A model generated the notes under the pieces. That model worked only from the letters and a program-made list of their open reading frames with translations, searched no databases and was not told where the DNA came from. A DNA stretch of 63,317 nucleotides, the filler included, from Octopus bimaculoides (Eukaryota): NCBI RefSeq assembly GCF_001194135.2. It is 6 parts of 6 records of this genome, joined end to end, with 100 filler letters (N's around TTAATTAATTAA, not from the genome) between each part and the next. Parts side by side here need not be neighbours in the genome. Positions count along the whole stretch, not along the records: positions 1 to 20,278 come from NC_068996.1; positions 20,379 to 28,239 come from NC_068997.1; 4 more parts are not named here. One strand, 5' to 3'. Below, one piece after another: positions 10,936 to 21,810 of this stretch; the stretch's first letter is position 1, and each line of letters opens with the position of its first letter. The position numbers were made by a program, and so were the translations under genes.

Positions 10936-12258
10936 TCATAAAGCATATTACTCCACCTCCAGTATTCGAGTACTAATTTTTACTACCTTGTTTCACATTT
11001 ATGTGCTTACTCTGGTATATATATATTTATATACATATTTTGTTTAGGTATTGCAAAACTAATAGCTTGGTGTAAAACTCAATATGTGCATACTTCAGAA
11101 CACTCAACTATGAATCCACAGCAACTTAAAGCAGAAACAACTGTAAGCTGATGAAATTCATAACATAATTGTTTTTTCATTTGTCACCTCATTTTCTTTT
11201 ATATACATGTGTGTGCGTGTATGTATGCGCATATATATATGTGTGTGTGTGTGTATACACAGGTATTCCTACATGCATGCACATTAACACATATACACAC
11301 ACATGTGCGTGTGAGGAGTAAGTGTGGTGTAAGTTATTATAGAACAGATTAGTCTAGCTATTCCAGTTTTCTGAAGCCAATCACCAGTGGAATTGTCAGT
11401 TGGCTGATTTATGGCATTGACAGAAAACTCCCATACACACAAACACACACACACACAAACACAAATTCTCACACGCATACACACAGACACACACAGATTA
11501 CCCACCACACATGTGCACACAGCCTTTTACGCCCTTTCAACATTATATTTCCATAACGATTAAATGATAAATATCTTGAGAAACCACCGTGAGCCATAAC
11601 AGCGAATGTTTAGCTGCTGACTTTGTGGTGTTAAGTGGATAAGAGATGAATCTTTTCTCCCCTTGGATATAAGACATTTATCTATTACAGGTGCCGTTCT
11701 AGGAATAACTGATAGATCATTTTGGCCATCTCACCTGTGTATAGAGTATATTTTAATTTATGTATATATTTAGTTATTTTCTTTTTATTAATAAAGTCGT
11801 TTATAGAATGGTTGAGTGTATATAAGGGTGTATATAATGCTTTCTATTGTCTTTTACAGTGGTTTTACATGAAGGTTTTGTCTTCTTCAATGCCACCTTG
11901 TTCATCTTAGAGTTCTTCAGATATTTACTGCTTTCCTCTATAAATTTGTTTCAGTCACTGAACTGTGGCCATGCTGGGTTACTCCCTTGACGGGTTTTAG
12001 TTGAATGTATATCTCAACCACTACAGTGATCTTTTGTTGAACTGCTAAGTTGTGAAAATGTAAACAAACCAACACCTATTGTCAAGCAGTGTGGGAACAC
12101 AACGGCACAAAATACGTAGGCAAGAACACTTCGTGGAGGTTGCTGTTCAGAAAATATGGTTCCATAAAGTAAGTACTAGGTTGATAAAATTGACTGAAAC
12201 ACTCAAATCCAGTGCCCCAGAATGGTCACAGTCCAATGAGTGAAAACATTGACAGAAT

Positions 12259-12642
12259 AGGCATGACTGTATGGTAAGGAGCTTGCTTCCCAACCACATG
12301 GTTACTGGTTCAGTCCCACTGGACAAGTGTCTTCTACTATAGCCTTGGACCGATCAAAGCCTTGCGAGTGGATTTGGTAGATGGAAACTGAAAGAAACCC
12401 ATCGTATATATGTATATGTATATGTATATGTATATATGTGTGTGTTTGTCCCACCATCGCTTGGCAACCGATGCTGGTGTGTTTATATCCCCGTAACATA
12501 GCGGTTTGGCAAAAAGAGACCGATAGAATAAGTACTAGGCTTACAAAGAACAAGTCCTGGGGTCAATTTGCTCGACTAAAGGCGGTGCTCCAGCATGGCC
12601 GCAGTCAAATGACTGAAACAAGTAAAAGAGTAAGAGTAAAGA

Positions 12643-12643
<1 letters not shown>
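12259..12643 (+). mobile_element. SINE family A with a short internal deletion
   Basis: Head, body and the complete aaaggcggtgctccagcatggccgcagtcaaatgactgaaacaagtaaaagag tail. Decayed family A pieces also lie at about 11945-12258. Confidence 0.9.
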
Positions 12644-12677
<34 letters not shown>

Positions 12678-13120
12678 TTGAAGCGTACAGTATTATATAC
12701 CCATTATGGCTGATCTTACCAAGAGGTCTTGCAGTAGTCAAATTGTGTTACCCTGCACTCTTCAGAGGTAGCTGTTATGGAATGAAATATGTCGACTACT
12801 CTCTATTTTGGAGGTGAATAGACACATCTGGTTTGTTGTTGCTGTGAAAAAGGTGATGAAAGAAATCAAACAGGGGATTAAGTTAAGAGTTAAGCCCCTT
12901 GGTATCAAAAAACATTATCTCTGGGAGTGGTTTTGTTGCAAGTGAGCAAGAATTTCCTGGAAAAGATCGTATGGGATGGTGGAAAAACGTCTATTGGGTG
13001 GGTGTCCATTGTGCTGGGTATGTGTGTTTGTGGGTGTGTTAGAGTATGTTCTGGTCAAACTTTTTGCCAGACTCCCAGGTATTGGAGGAGCACTGAAGTT
13101 GAGGAATTGGTGATTATAGT

Positions 13121-13139
<19 letters not shown>

Positions 13140-13154
<15 letters not shown>

Positions 13155-13428
13155 ATAATATAAATAATATACAAATATATGCATATATTCATACATATAT
13201 GTACATACCTACATCTATATGTATACATGCGTGCATATATGGGTACAGGACATCATAAAAAAACGTTAAACACAATGAGAAACGAAAACGTAGAAAATGA
13301 ACATTTTTCGAACAACGAAAAAACAAACAGAGAAACGAGACATGCAACATAAAGAGTATATTCCTTCGTCAGTTGTCCCTGTTCCATCTACTCCGTGTTT
13401 CAAAGGCCAGGACAATACACGACTTCAT
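13140..13428. repeat. Dispersed repeat family F (gggtacaggacatc...), possible PLE pLTR
   Basis: Nearly colinear with 18190-18540, including the degenerate (AT)n flank. A more distant relative lies at about 58270-58420. Confidence 0.75.
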
Positions 13429-13769
13429 NNNNNNNNNNTGAGCCAAGACGATAGAAAAATTATTGAGGAGATAGGAAAGGCATGTCTTTTCTTTAGGAAG
13501 GAAATGGACAGAAAGACATATCCCCTTTCGTCACATGTCAGCAACGAGAGAGTCAAGGAGGAAGAGTGAGGGAGAGAGAGAGAGAGGGAACGGTGAAAGG
13601 GAGAGAAGAACAGAAAGGATGAAGAACAAGAGAGGGAGAGAGATACACAGAGAAGAGATAGTAGAAGAGTGTGCATCATAATTATTAAGATAAAACTTAC
13701 TTGGAAAAGGATGCGTGGCGTTCGATCATATAATAATATAAATAATATATAAATATATGCATATATCTA

Positions 13770-14015
13770 TGTGTGTGTGCTTGTGTGTGTGTTTTTGTAA
13801 TTATGTTTGTTCCTCCATCACCACTTGAAAACTGGAGTTGGTGTGTTTATATTCCTTTAACTTAACAGTTTGGCAAAAGAGACTGATAGAATAAGTACCA
13901 AACTTAAGAAAAAGCAAAGAAAGAAGTCCTGGGGGTGATTCATTTGACTAAAAAATTATACAAGGTAGTGCCTCAGCATGGCTGCAGTCTGATGACCAAA
14001 ACAAGTAAAAGATAA
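13770..14015 (+). mobile_element. SINE family A, 3' half, decayed
   Basis: tgtttgttcctccatcaccacttg...gactgatagaataagtacc...cagcatggctgcagtc...aacaagtaaaaga. Confidence 0.8.
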
Positions 14016-14239
14016 AATATAATCTTGAGGGACAATGCCATTATTTATAGATGACCGATCATGTATTCAAGAAATGGTTGTAACTCAAGTGAAGATAGAG
14101 CTTGAATGAAAATGAAAATGAAAATGAGTGAAATTAATTATTTACTGTAATTAAGTATTGTATAATGAAAAATGGTTATGTTACTATCTTCAATCTAAAA
14201 ATAAACAACCAATGGCATTAGAAACTTAATGAGGTCAAT

Positions 14240-14545
14240 CTGTCAGGATTATATAATTACATTAGATTACATTTGCATATCGCATAGTTTGGTGACCGTT
14301 GGGGCACCATGCGACCTTGCGACTGGATCCCTCCACCCCTCTCTGTCTTCTGCCTCTCACACTGCGTCTCTCGTCCTTAGGCCTGTCCATTCATAGATGT
14401 GGTTTTCCAACCTCTTTCTCTGTCTGCCTCTGCATCTGCCACCTTTGATTATTCCCTGAAGGACTGTTTTGATCATCCCTGATGAGTGGGTGACACGCCC
14501 AAACCACTTGATCTTGCATTTCTTTACTGTGGTAAGAAGTTCCTC
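14240..14545 (-). mobile_element. 3' end of an RTE-clade (BovB-like) LINE
   Basis: Frameshifted minus-strand peptide EELLTTVK../KWFGRVTHSSGMIKTVLQGIIKGGRCRGRQRKRLENHIYEWTGL...AEDREGWR is the typical RTE ORF C-terminus. Confidence 0.88.
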
Positions 14546-14636
14546 ATGAGGCCCTAATGCCTGCCTTATTCTTATTTACACTTCCTCATTTGAATTATAT
14601 AGTGAAAGACAGTCAAATGAACCCTTTTGCAGCCAT

Positions 14637-14772
14637 ATTGGCAATAGGAAGGGCATTCAGCTATAAAAACCATACCAAAACCAACAATGGAACCTGGTGC
14701 AGCTTCTGGCAAACCATCCAACTCATGCCAATATGGGAACCAGATGTTAAATGATGCTGCTGCTGCTGCCAC

Positions 14773-14832
<60 letters not shown>

Positions 14833-14837
14833 CGATG
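14637..14837 (+). mobile_element. Family C copy with expanded (GAT)n tail
   Basis: ttggcaataggaagggcattcagctataaaa...catgccaatatgggaac...gttaaatgat followed by a long (GAT)n run. Confidence 0.8.
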
Positions 14838-15113
14838 ACAATATAAACTGATTGTGTTTTAATTAATTCAGAGAACAGCCAAAAATTTGAAAGGATTTAG
14901 CTCAGCAATGTATTTCTATCAAATGTAGTTGAGACAAACTCTGGTTTTGTATTACAAAACGTTCCAACATTTCTTTCTTTAGCATCCATATCAGAACTCA
15001 AACATTCCCTCATAATTCTAAGCAAACAAAATAATTTTAAAAAATTATAAAAGAAAACATTACATTTTATTATTTTTTTTTCTAAATCTAGCCAAAACTT
15101 ACTTTAATAATAA

Positions 15114-15622
15114 TCATCATCATCATCATCATCATCGTTTAACGTCCGCTTTCCATGCTGGCATGGGTTGGACGGTTTGACTGAGGAGTGGTGAAACCAG
15201 ATGGCTACACCAGGCTCCAATCTGATTTGGCAGAGTTTCTACAGCTGGATGCCCTTCCTAATGCCAACCACTCTGAGAGTGTAGAGGGTGCTTTTACATG
15301 CTACCGGCACGAAGGCAAGTCAGGCAGTACTGGCAATGGCCACGCTCAAAATGGTGTATTTTACATGCCACCTGCACAGGAGCCAGTCCAGGGGCACTGG
15401 CAACGATCTCGCTCAAATGTATTTACATGTGCCAGGAAGGCGATGCTGGGCACAGGTGCTATCACAATTTCGCTTTCGCTTGCCCCAACAGGTCTTTGCA
15501 AGCCGAGTTTAGTTCTAATGAAGAAGAGGTTGGCATGGGGGCCAGTCGTCGAATTTAGTTCAATTTCGATTTCACTTGCCTCAACGGGTCTTTGCAAGCA
15601 GAGTTTAGTGTCCAATGAACAA
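15114..15622 (-). mobile_element. Longest family C copy, with internal tandem modules
   Basis: (cat)n-cgtttaacgtccgctttccatg...ctggatgcccttcctaatgccaaccactc, then a 5' extension with two atttcg.ttc.cttgcc.caac.ggtctttgcaagc modules. Confidence 0.88.
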
Positions 15623-15809
15623 AATTAACTGTAGTTCATGGATAATGTATTTCACATAAAGTATGATTACAAAAGGATTAACAAAAATGTTCTATGCTCT
15701 AACACCACTGAGCCATGCTATCAAAATGCAAAGATCTGGAAATGGTTCCACAAAACATCTTGCCCAACCTTCTAGTTATTCCATCTAAGAGGCTCATGTA
15801 TGAGAAGCA

Positions 15810-16470
15810 TGTGCCAATGCAATACATTGCTGTATCCATCATTTGTCAATATTTGCTTCGGTCATCCTGGGGAATCCCTCCAAACAGAACCCCTTTTAGT
15901 CTCCTATCTTTTCAAGATTCTTCAGGTGGTAATAATTACTGTTATTATTACTACTCAGATATTTCCATCACCATGCCAACCAGTTGAAAACGAGGCTTTG
16001 GAATTATATTTAAACATGGCTGGCTGACTCCTGATCAACAAGGTTCCCGACTAAAACAACTAACGATAGATACTATATCCTTGTTCTAAGAAGAGTAAAG
16101 CCTTTTTATGGTCAATCATTTCCAGTCTTCTGTATTCAACAATCTCACCAGTTTGATAACCAGAATTACTATAACTTCTTCATCTGCCTATAACCATGTG
16201 CCAATGTAGCACATTACCGCATCCATCATTTGTCGGTATTTGCTTGACTCATCCTGGGGGAATCCCTCCAAGCAATGCCCTGGTCAGTCTCCCATCTCTG
16301 CAAAATACTTCTTCATTCACCAATGACCATGTGGTATGTGGTCAACCAACACGAACTGTCACCCCAAATGGATCCTCAGAGAAGAGAACACAATATGCAG
16401 GAACCAACACAGAAAATCAAGAAACATGACCAAACAGTCTGTGCAGACACTGCTGAATCTTACAAGTAAC
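15810..16470 (-). mobile_element. Two decayed 3' ends of a second RTE-like LINE
   Basis: Peptide RLFGHVS..VPAYCVL..EDP.G...G.PHTTW...KYRQMMDAVM at 16190-16470. The terminal 80 bp or so recur, diverged, at 15810-15890. Confidence 0.6.
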
Positions 16471-16619
16471 AGGATTCCTTTCAGTTTCTGTGTACACTCC
16501 TTGGTTGGATAAGAAATCTGGCCAGCAGTAGCCAATAATCCTATGAAAAGTCCTCATGCCAAAAGAGTGCAGGAAACCCTCTTAGAGCCCTGGACAATGT
16601 CCAAGTCTCACAACTATAA

Positions 16620-17290
16620 ATTCTTTTATTCTTTTACTTGTTTCAGTCACGTGACTGTGGCCATGCTGGAGCACCACCTTGAAGGATTTTAGTCAAACAA
16701 ACTGACCCCAGGAATTATTCTTTGCTTGCCTACTACTTATTTTATCAGTTCCTTTTGCCAAACCACTAAGTTACAAGGAGGTAAACACACCAACACCAAC
16801 TGTCAAGTGGTGAAAGTGGGAGCAGGGAACAAACACAGACACAAAAATACACACATGTAGATACACACACACACACATACATACAATGGGCTTCTTTCAG
16901 TTTCTTATTACTTTATTACCCACAAGGGGCTAAACATAGAGGGGACAAACAAGGACAGACAAAGGGATTAAGTCGATTACATCGACCCCAGTGCGTAACT
17001 GGTACTTAATTTATCGACCCCGAAAGGATGAAAGGCAAAGTCGACCTTGGCGGAATTTGAACTCAGAACGTAAAGACAGACAAAATACTGCTAAGCATTT
17101 CGCCCGGTGTGCTAACATTTCTGCCAGCTCCTCGCCAGCTTCTTTCAGTTTCTGCCTAGTAAATCCACTCACAATGCTTTGGTCGGCCTGAGGTTATAGT
17201 AGAAGACACTTACCCAAGGTGACACGCAGTGGGACTGAACTCAGAACCATGTGGTTGGGAAACAAGCTTCTTACCACACAGCCATATGTG
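16620..17290 (-). mobile_element. SINE family A interrupted by a family B insertion
   Basis: The 3' half (16620-16904) and 5' half (17138-17290) are colinear once 16905-17137 is removed. Confidence 0.88.
16905..17137 (-). mobile_element. Full-length SINE family B with a 15-bp target-site duplication
   Basis: gcttctttcagtttc at 16890-16904 and 17138-17152. Head ggcgaggagctggcagaaatgttagc, B box ctgagttcaaattcc, core ctttgcctttcatcctttcggggtcgataaattaagtaccag. Confidence 0.93.
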
Positions 17291-17736
17291 CACCTTTAGA
17301 TCATTAGTTTTTTTTATTTATTGACTCTGAAGGGAAGAAAGGTTAAACTAACCTCAACAGGAACTAAACTATGAGAGCCAAATTAAATAACGCAAGAAAT
17401 TCTATCAAATGCTTTAACGATGCTATTAATTTGCAGCCTTGTGAACACAGAGTTTTAATTTACACATGAATGACAGACGGTTTTAATTTAAGTGTAAGCT
17501 CTTTAAAATGAGAAGTTTTATAACTCAGAGACAGAGATGGTCTTAGATTGGTATTTAAAAAAAAAAAGGGGGGGTTAAATAGTATTTAAAACAGGATCAG
17601 CAATTCCTGGTGAAATTTGATCGTAGGAACTTTGGTCAAAAGGGACTGTCTTGATAGTTATTTAGGTCATGCACACCTAACCTTTTCCTCATAACAAACA
17701 ACAGTGATTTAATGATATTGGTTTCACATTTTGGCA

Positions 17737-17940
17737 CAAGGTTTGCAGCTTCAGGAGAAGGAATAAGTCGATTGCATTCACTCCGCATCATGTATTCAAC
17801 TGGTACTTATTTTATTGACCTCTCAAAAGAATGAAAGGTAAAGTCAACGTTGGCAGAATTTGAACTCAGAACATAAAGACAGATAAAATGCTGCTAAGCA
17901 TTTTGTCCAGCGTGCTAAGGACTCAGCCATTTTGCTGCCT
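17737..17940 (-). mobile_element. SINE family B, decayed
   Basis: gaatgaaaggtaaagtcaac...aatttgaactcagaac...ctaagcattttgtccagcgtgctaa. Confidence 0.82.
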
Positions 17941-18051
17941 TACAGCAGTGATATAATGATATTAATTGTGAAGTCTACAGCAATAAAGACAATCTTTTCA
18001 TTTTTATCTTTTACTTGTTTCAGTCATTAGATTGTGGCCATGCTAGGACGC

Positions 18052-18102
<51 letters not shown>

Positions 18103-18189
18103 TCTTTTATCTGTTTCAGTCATTTGACTGTGGTCATGCTGGAGCACTGCCTTTAGTCAAACAAATCGATCCCAGGACTTATTCTTATA

Positions 18190-18540
18190 TATATATAATA
18201 ATATAAATAATATATAGATATACGCATATATCCATATATATATGTACATATCTACATCTATATGTATACATACATGTATATATGGGTACAGGACATCAAA
18301 AAATAAACGTTAAACACAATGTAAAACAAAAACATAAAAACGAAAACAGAAAATGAACATTTTTCGAACAACGTAAAAAACAAACAGAGAAACGAGACAT
18401 ACAACATAAAGAGTATACCCCTTTGTCAGTTGTCCCTGTTTCATCTACTCCGCATTTCGAAGACAAGGACAATACATGACTTCGTTGAAACAGTCCTTCC
18501 CGCAAAGCAAATTAAATAAAATTTGGGATTAACCATCCTC
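18190..18540. repeat. Dispersed repeat family F, second copy
   Basis: Colinear with 13140-13428. Confidence 0.8.
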
Positions 18541-18889
18541 TGATGGTTAATTCTGCTTTCGCTTCACTGGATGGTAATATTATCTGGAGTGTATGTTAGC
18601 AATAATTATAATGTTAAAGAATATGGGGACTGACACATCCTCAAAACTTATTTCCTTTTATTTTACTGTATGGCAAAAAATATTTTTTTATGGTTACGAT
18701 GACCTACACGTGTTTCTACTGCACAGAGTATAAGCAGTTGCATAAGCAACTAGGCATAATTTTCTGTGCAGATTTATTCAGGGTCTTTCAACCAGCTTGG
18801 CTCTAAGCAAACAGTATGGCATTGTAAAATATGAGGAAGTAATTTTGGGGGGATATACCGAATTAATCAGATCAAATGGACTTTCACTG

Positions 18890-19160
18890 ACTTCCATCCC
18901 AGTGGCACGTAAAAAGCACCATCCGATCATGGTCAATGCCAGCATCTCTGGCTCCTATGCTAGTGGCACATAAAAAGCACCGACTACACTCTTGGAGTGG
19001 TTGGCCTTAGGAAGATCATCAAGCTGTAGAAACTTTGCCAGATCAGATTGGAGCCTGGTGCAGCCTCCTGGCTTGCCAGACACCTGTCGAACCGTCCAAC
19101 CCATGCCAGCATGGAAAATGGACGTTAAACGAAGATGGTGATGATGATGATGATGATGAT
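18890..19160 (+). mobile_element. Family C copy
   Basis: Two gtggcac.taaaaagcacc modules, gagtggttggccttaggaag, tail ggacgttaaacg(aag/gat)n. Confidence 0.87.
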
Positions 19161-19256
19161 ATATGTATACAACAGAGACAGAAAGAAAGAGTGAGAGAAA
19201 GTTGTGGTGAAAGAGTACAGCAAGGTTTGCACCCCACCTGCCAGGGCCTTGTGTAC

Positions 19257-19325
<69 letters not shown>

Positions 19326-19344
19326 TATATATATATATATACAC

Positions 19345-19521
19345 ATATATATATACATGATTAGCTTCTTTTAGTTTCCATCTATCAAACCCATGAACAA
19401 GGCTTTGGTCGGCCCGAGGCAATAGTAGAGGACACTTGCTGAAGGTTCCATGCAGTTGGACTGAACCCAGAACCTTGTGGTTCGGAAGCAAGATTCTTAC
19501 CAAACAGCCACACCTGCACCT
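19345..19521 (-). mobile_element. SINE family A, 5' half
   Basis: Ends in cttaccaaacagccacacctgcacct. Confidence 0.82.
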
Positions 19522-19539
19522 ATATGTGTATACATACAT

Positions 19540-19590
<51 letters not shown>

Positions 19591-19614
19591 CATATATAGA
19601 TATACATATATATA

Positions 19615-19667
19615 CTCTTTTACTTGTTTCAGTTATTTGACTGCGGCCATGCTGGAGCACCGCCTTT
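19615..19667 (-). mobile_element. Family A-type 3' tail attached to the 5S-derived head
   Basis: Minus strand aaaggcggtgctccagcatggccgcagtcaaataactgaaacaagtaaaagag is almost identical to the tail at 12578-12629. Confidence 0.9.
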
Positions 19668-19679
19668 AAAGTGTTGGAT

Positions 19680-19794
19680 GCTTACAGCACCTAGGTTTCC
19701 CAAGCGGTCACCCATCTAAGTAGTCACTAGGCTCGACGTTGCTTAACTTCGGTGATCGGACGAGAACCGGTGCTCTCAGCCTGATACGGCCGTA
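19680..19794 (-). rRNA. 5S rRNA-derived sequence (retroposed copy or SINE3-like head, probably not a functional 5S gene)
   Basis: TACGGCCGTATCAGGCTGAGAGCACCGGTTCTCGTCCGATCACCGAAGTTAAGCAACGTCGAGCCTAGTGACTACTTAGATGGGTGACCGCTTGGGAAACCTAGGTGCTGTAAGC. The first 3 nt are missing, loop E is altered and there is no T4 terminator. Confidence 0.93.
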
Positions 19795-19849
19795 TATATA
19801 TAGATATATATATACAGACAGACATACACATATATATATAAACACATAC

Positions 19850-19888
<39 letters not shown>

Positions 19889-20000
19889 CATATATAAATA
19901 TATATATATATATGCATACATACATAAATACATATATATACATATGTACATACATTATTATATATATATATATGTATATATATGTAAATATATATATATA

Positions 20001-20108
20001 TCATCATCATCATCATCATCGTTTAACGTCCGCTTTCCATGCTAGCATGGGTTGGACGATTTGACTGAGGACTGGTGCAACCGGATGGCTACACCAGGCT
20101 CCAATCTA
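20001..20108 (-). mobile_element. Family C 3' fragment
   Basis: (cat)n-cgtttaacgtccgctttccatgctagcatgggttggacg...caccaggctccaatct. Confidence 0.88.
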
Positions 20109-20278
20109 ATATACATAAATATATGTATACATAGATATATATATATACATAATTATATATATATATATGCATACATAAATATATATATATACATACATAT
20201 ATATATATATATACATACATATATATATATATATATACATACACATATATATAATACATATAAATATATATATATATA

Positions 20279-20378
20279 NNNNNNNNNNNNNNNNNNNNNN
20301 NNNNNNNNNNNNNNNNNNNNNNTTAATTAATTAANNNNNNNNNNNNNNNNNNNNNNNNNNNNNNNNNNNNNNNNNNNN
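20279..20378. other. Artificial 100-bp spacer N44-TTAATTAATTAA-N44
   Basis: The 12-mer at 20323-20334 gives stops in all six frames. The same construct occurs five times in the window. Confidence 0.95.
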
Positions 20379-20407
20379 CAAATGCAGACGCAAAGATACA
20401 CACATAT

Positions 20408-20611
20408 ATTCTTTTATTCATTTCAGTCATTTGGTTGTGGCCATGCTGGAGCACCACCTTGAATGATCTTAGTCAAACAAGTTGACCCCAGGACTTATTC
20501 TATCGGCCTCTTTGGCTGAACTGCTAAGTTATGGGGGACCTAAACACACCAATATCAGTTGTCAAGCATTGGTGGGGGTGGACAAGCACAGATACACACA
20601 AACATATATAC

Positions 20612-20657
<46 letters not shown>

Positions 20658-21035
20658 GAGTAGTTGGCGTTAGGAAGGGCATCCAGCTGTAGAAACTCTG
20701 CCAAATTTAGATTGGAGCCTGGTGTTGCCATCCGGTTTCACCAGTCCTCAGTCAAGTCGTCCAACCCATGCTAGCATGGAAAGCGGACGTTAAACGATGA
20801 TGATGATGATGATTATATATATATATATATATAACAGGCTTTTTTTCAGTTTCTGTCTACCAAATCCTCTCACAAGGCTTTGGTTGGCACCTGAGGCTAT
20901 AGTAAAAGACACTTGTCCCAGGTGCCACACAATGGGACGGAACCCAGAACCATATGGTTGGGAAGCAAGCTACTAACCACATAGACACATCATGCAGTGG
21001 ACTGAACCCCCAAACCATGTGGTTGGGAAGCAAGG
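20408..21035 (-). mobile_element. SINE family A halves (20408-20600, 20836-21035) flanking a plus-strand family C copy (20657-20813)
   Basis: The tail half and head half are colinear around the microsatellite-embedded family C fragment. Confidence 0.75.
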
Positions 21036-21171
21036 AGAAGCCCCAATTTAAAATGAAGTAAAGGAGAAATATTTGTTTATTTAGATGAGGGCACCCTGAT
21101 GAATTTGAAAATGAAACCTGCCTAGTCTTATAAGTCTCATCATCTGAATAAATACACACACACACACACAT

Positions 21172-21810
21172 TGATTTCAAATTTTGGCACAAGGCCAGCA
21201 ATTTGTGGGCAGAGGGTATGTTGATTACATCAACCCCAGTGTTCAACTGAAACTTATTTCATCAATTGTGAAAGGATGGGAAGCAAAGACGTAAAGATGG
21301 ATGAAGTTCCACTAAGCATGTTGCTTAGTGTGGTAATGATTCTGGCAGCTTGCCTTACCCATGCCAGTGATACTGGCACCTGTGCCAGTGACACACAAAA
21401 GGCACTCATTACAGTCTGTAGAGTGGTTGGCCTCAGGAAGAGCATCCAGATGTAGAAACCAGGTCAAAACAGACTGGAGCCTGGTGCTGCTTTCTGGCTT
21501 ACCAGCTACGCTCAGGTTGTCCAACTCATGCCAGCATGCATGGAAAACAGATGTTAAGTGATGGTACCAAGCAAAATCGCAGTCGTGGCAGATACCAGTA
21601 TCACGCAAATTGACACCCATGCCGGTGGCACGCAAATGGCACCCATGCTTGTGGCACATAAACGCACCCATTACAATCTCAGAGTGATTGGCATTAGGAA
21701 GGGCATCCAGCCGTAGAAAACCATGCCAAATCAGACTGGAGTCTGGTGCAGCCATCCAACCCATGCCAGCATGGACAACAGACGTTAAATTATGATGACG
21801 ATGATGATGT
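21172..21810. mobile_element. Family B (minus, 21172-21355) followed by two head-to-tail family C copies (plus, 21358-21562 and 21565-21810)
   Basis: gagtggttggcctcaggaagagcatccag and gagtgattggcattaggaagggcatccag, each followed by the family C tail. Confidence 0.8.

Noticed and set aside
11680-11945. Several exon-like frames on both strands (GEMAKMIYQLFLERHL, AVLGITDRSFWPSHL, VLHEGFVFFNATLF)
   Set aside because: They are mutually exclusive, short and unrecognised. None can be preferred without expression data.
14477-14505. CTGATGA-GTG-ggtga-CAC on the plus strand as a hammerhead
   Set aside because: No GAAA or stem III. It is the antisense of RTE coding sequence.
21095-21130. CTGATGA-ATTT-gaa-AAT-GAAAC hammerhead-like string
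   Set aside because: No NUH triplet and no stem I.
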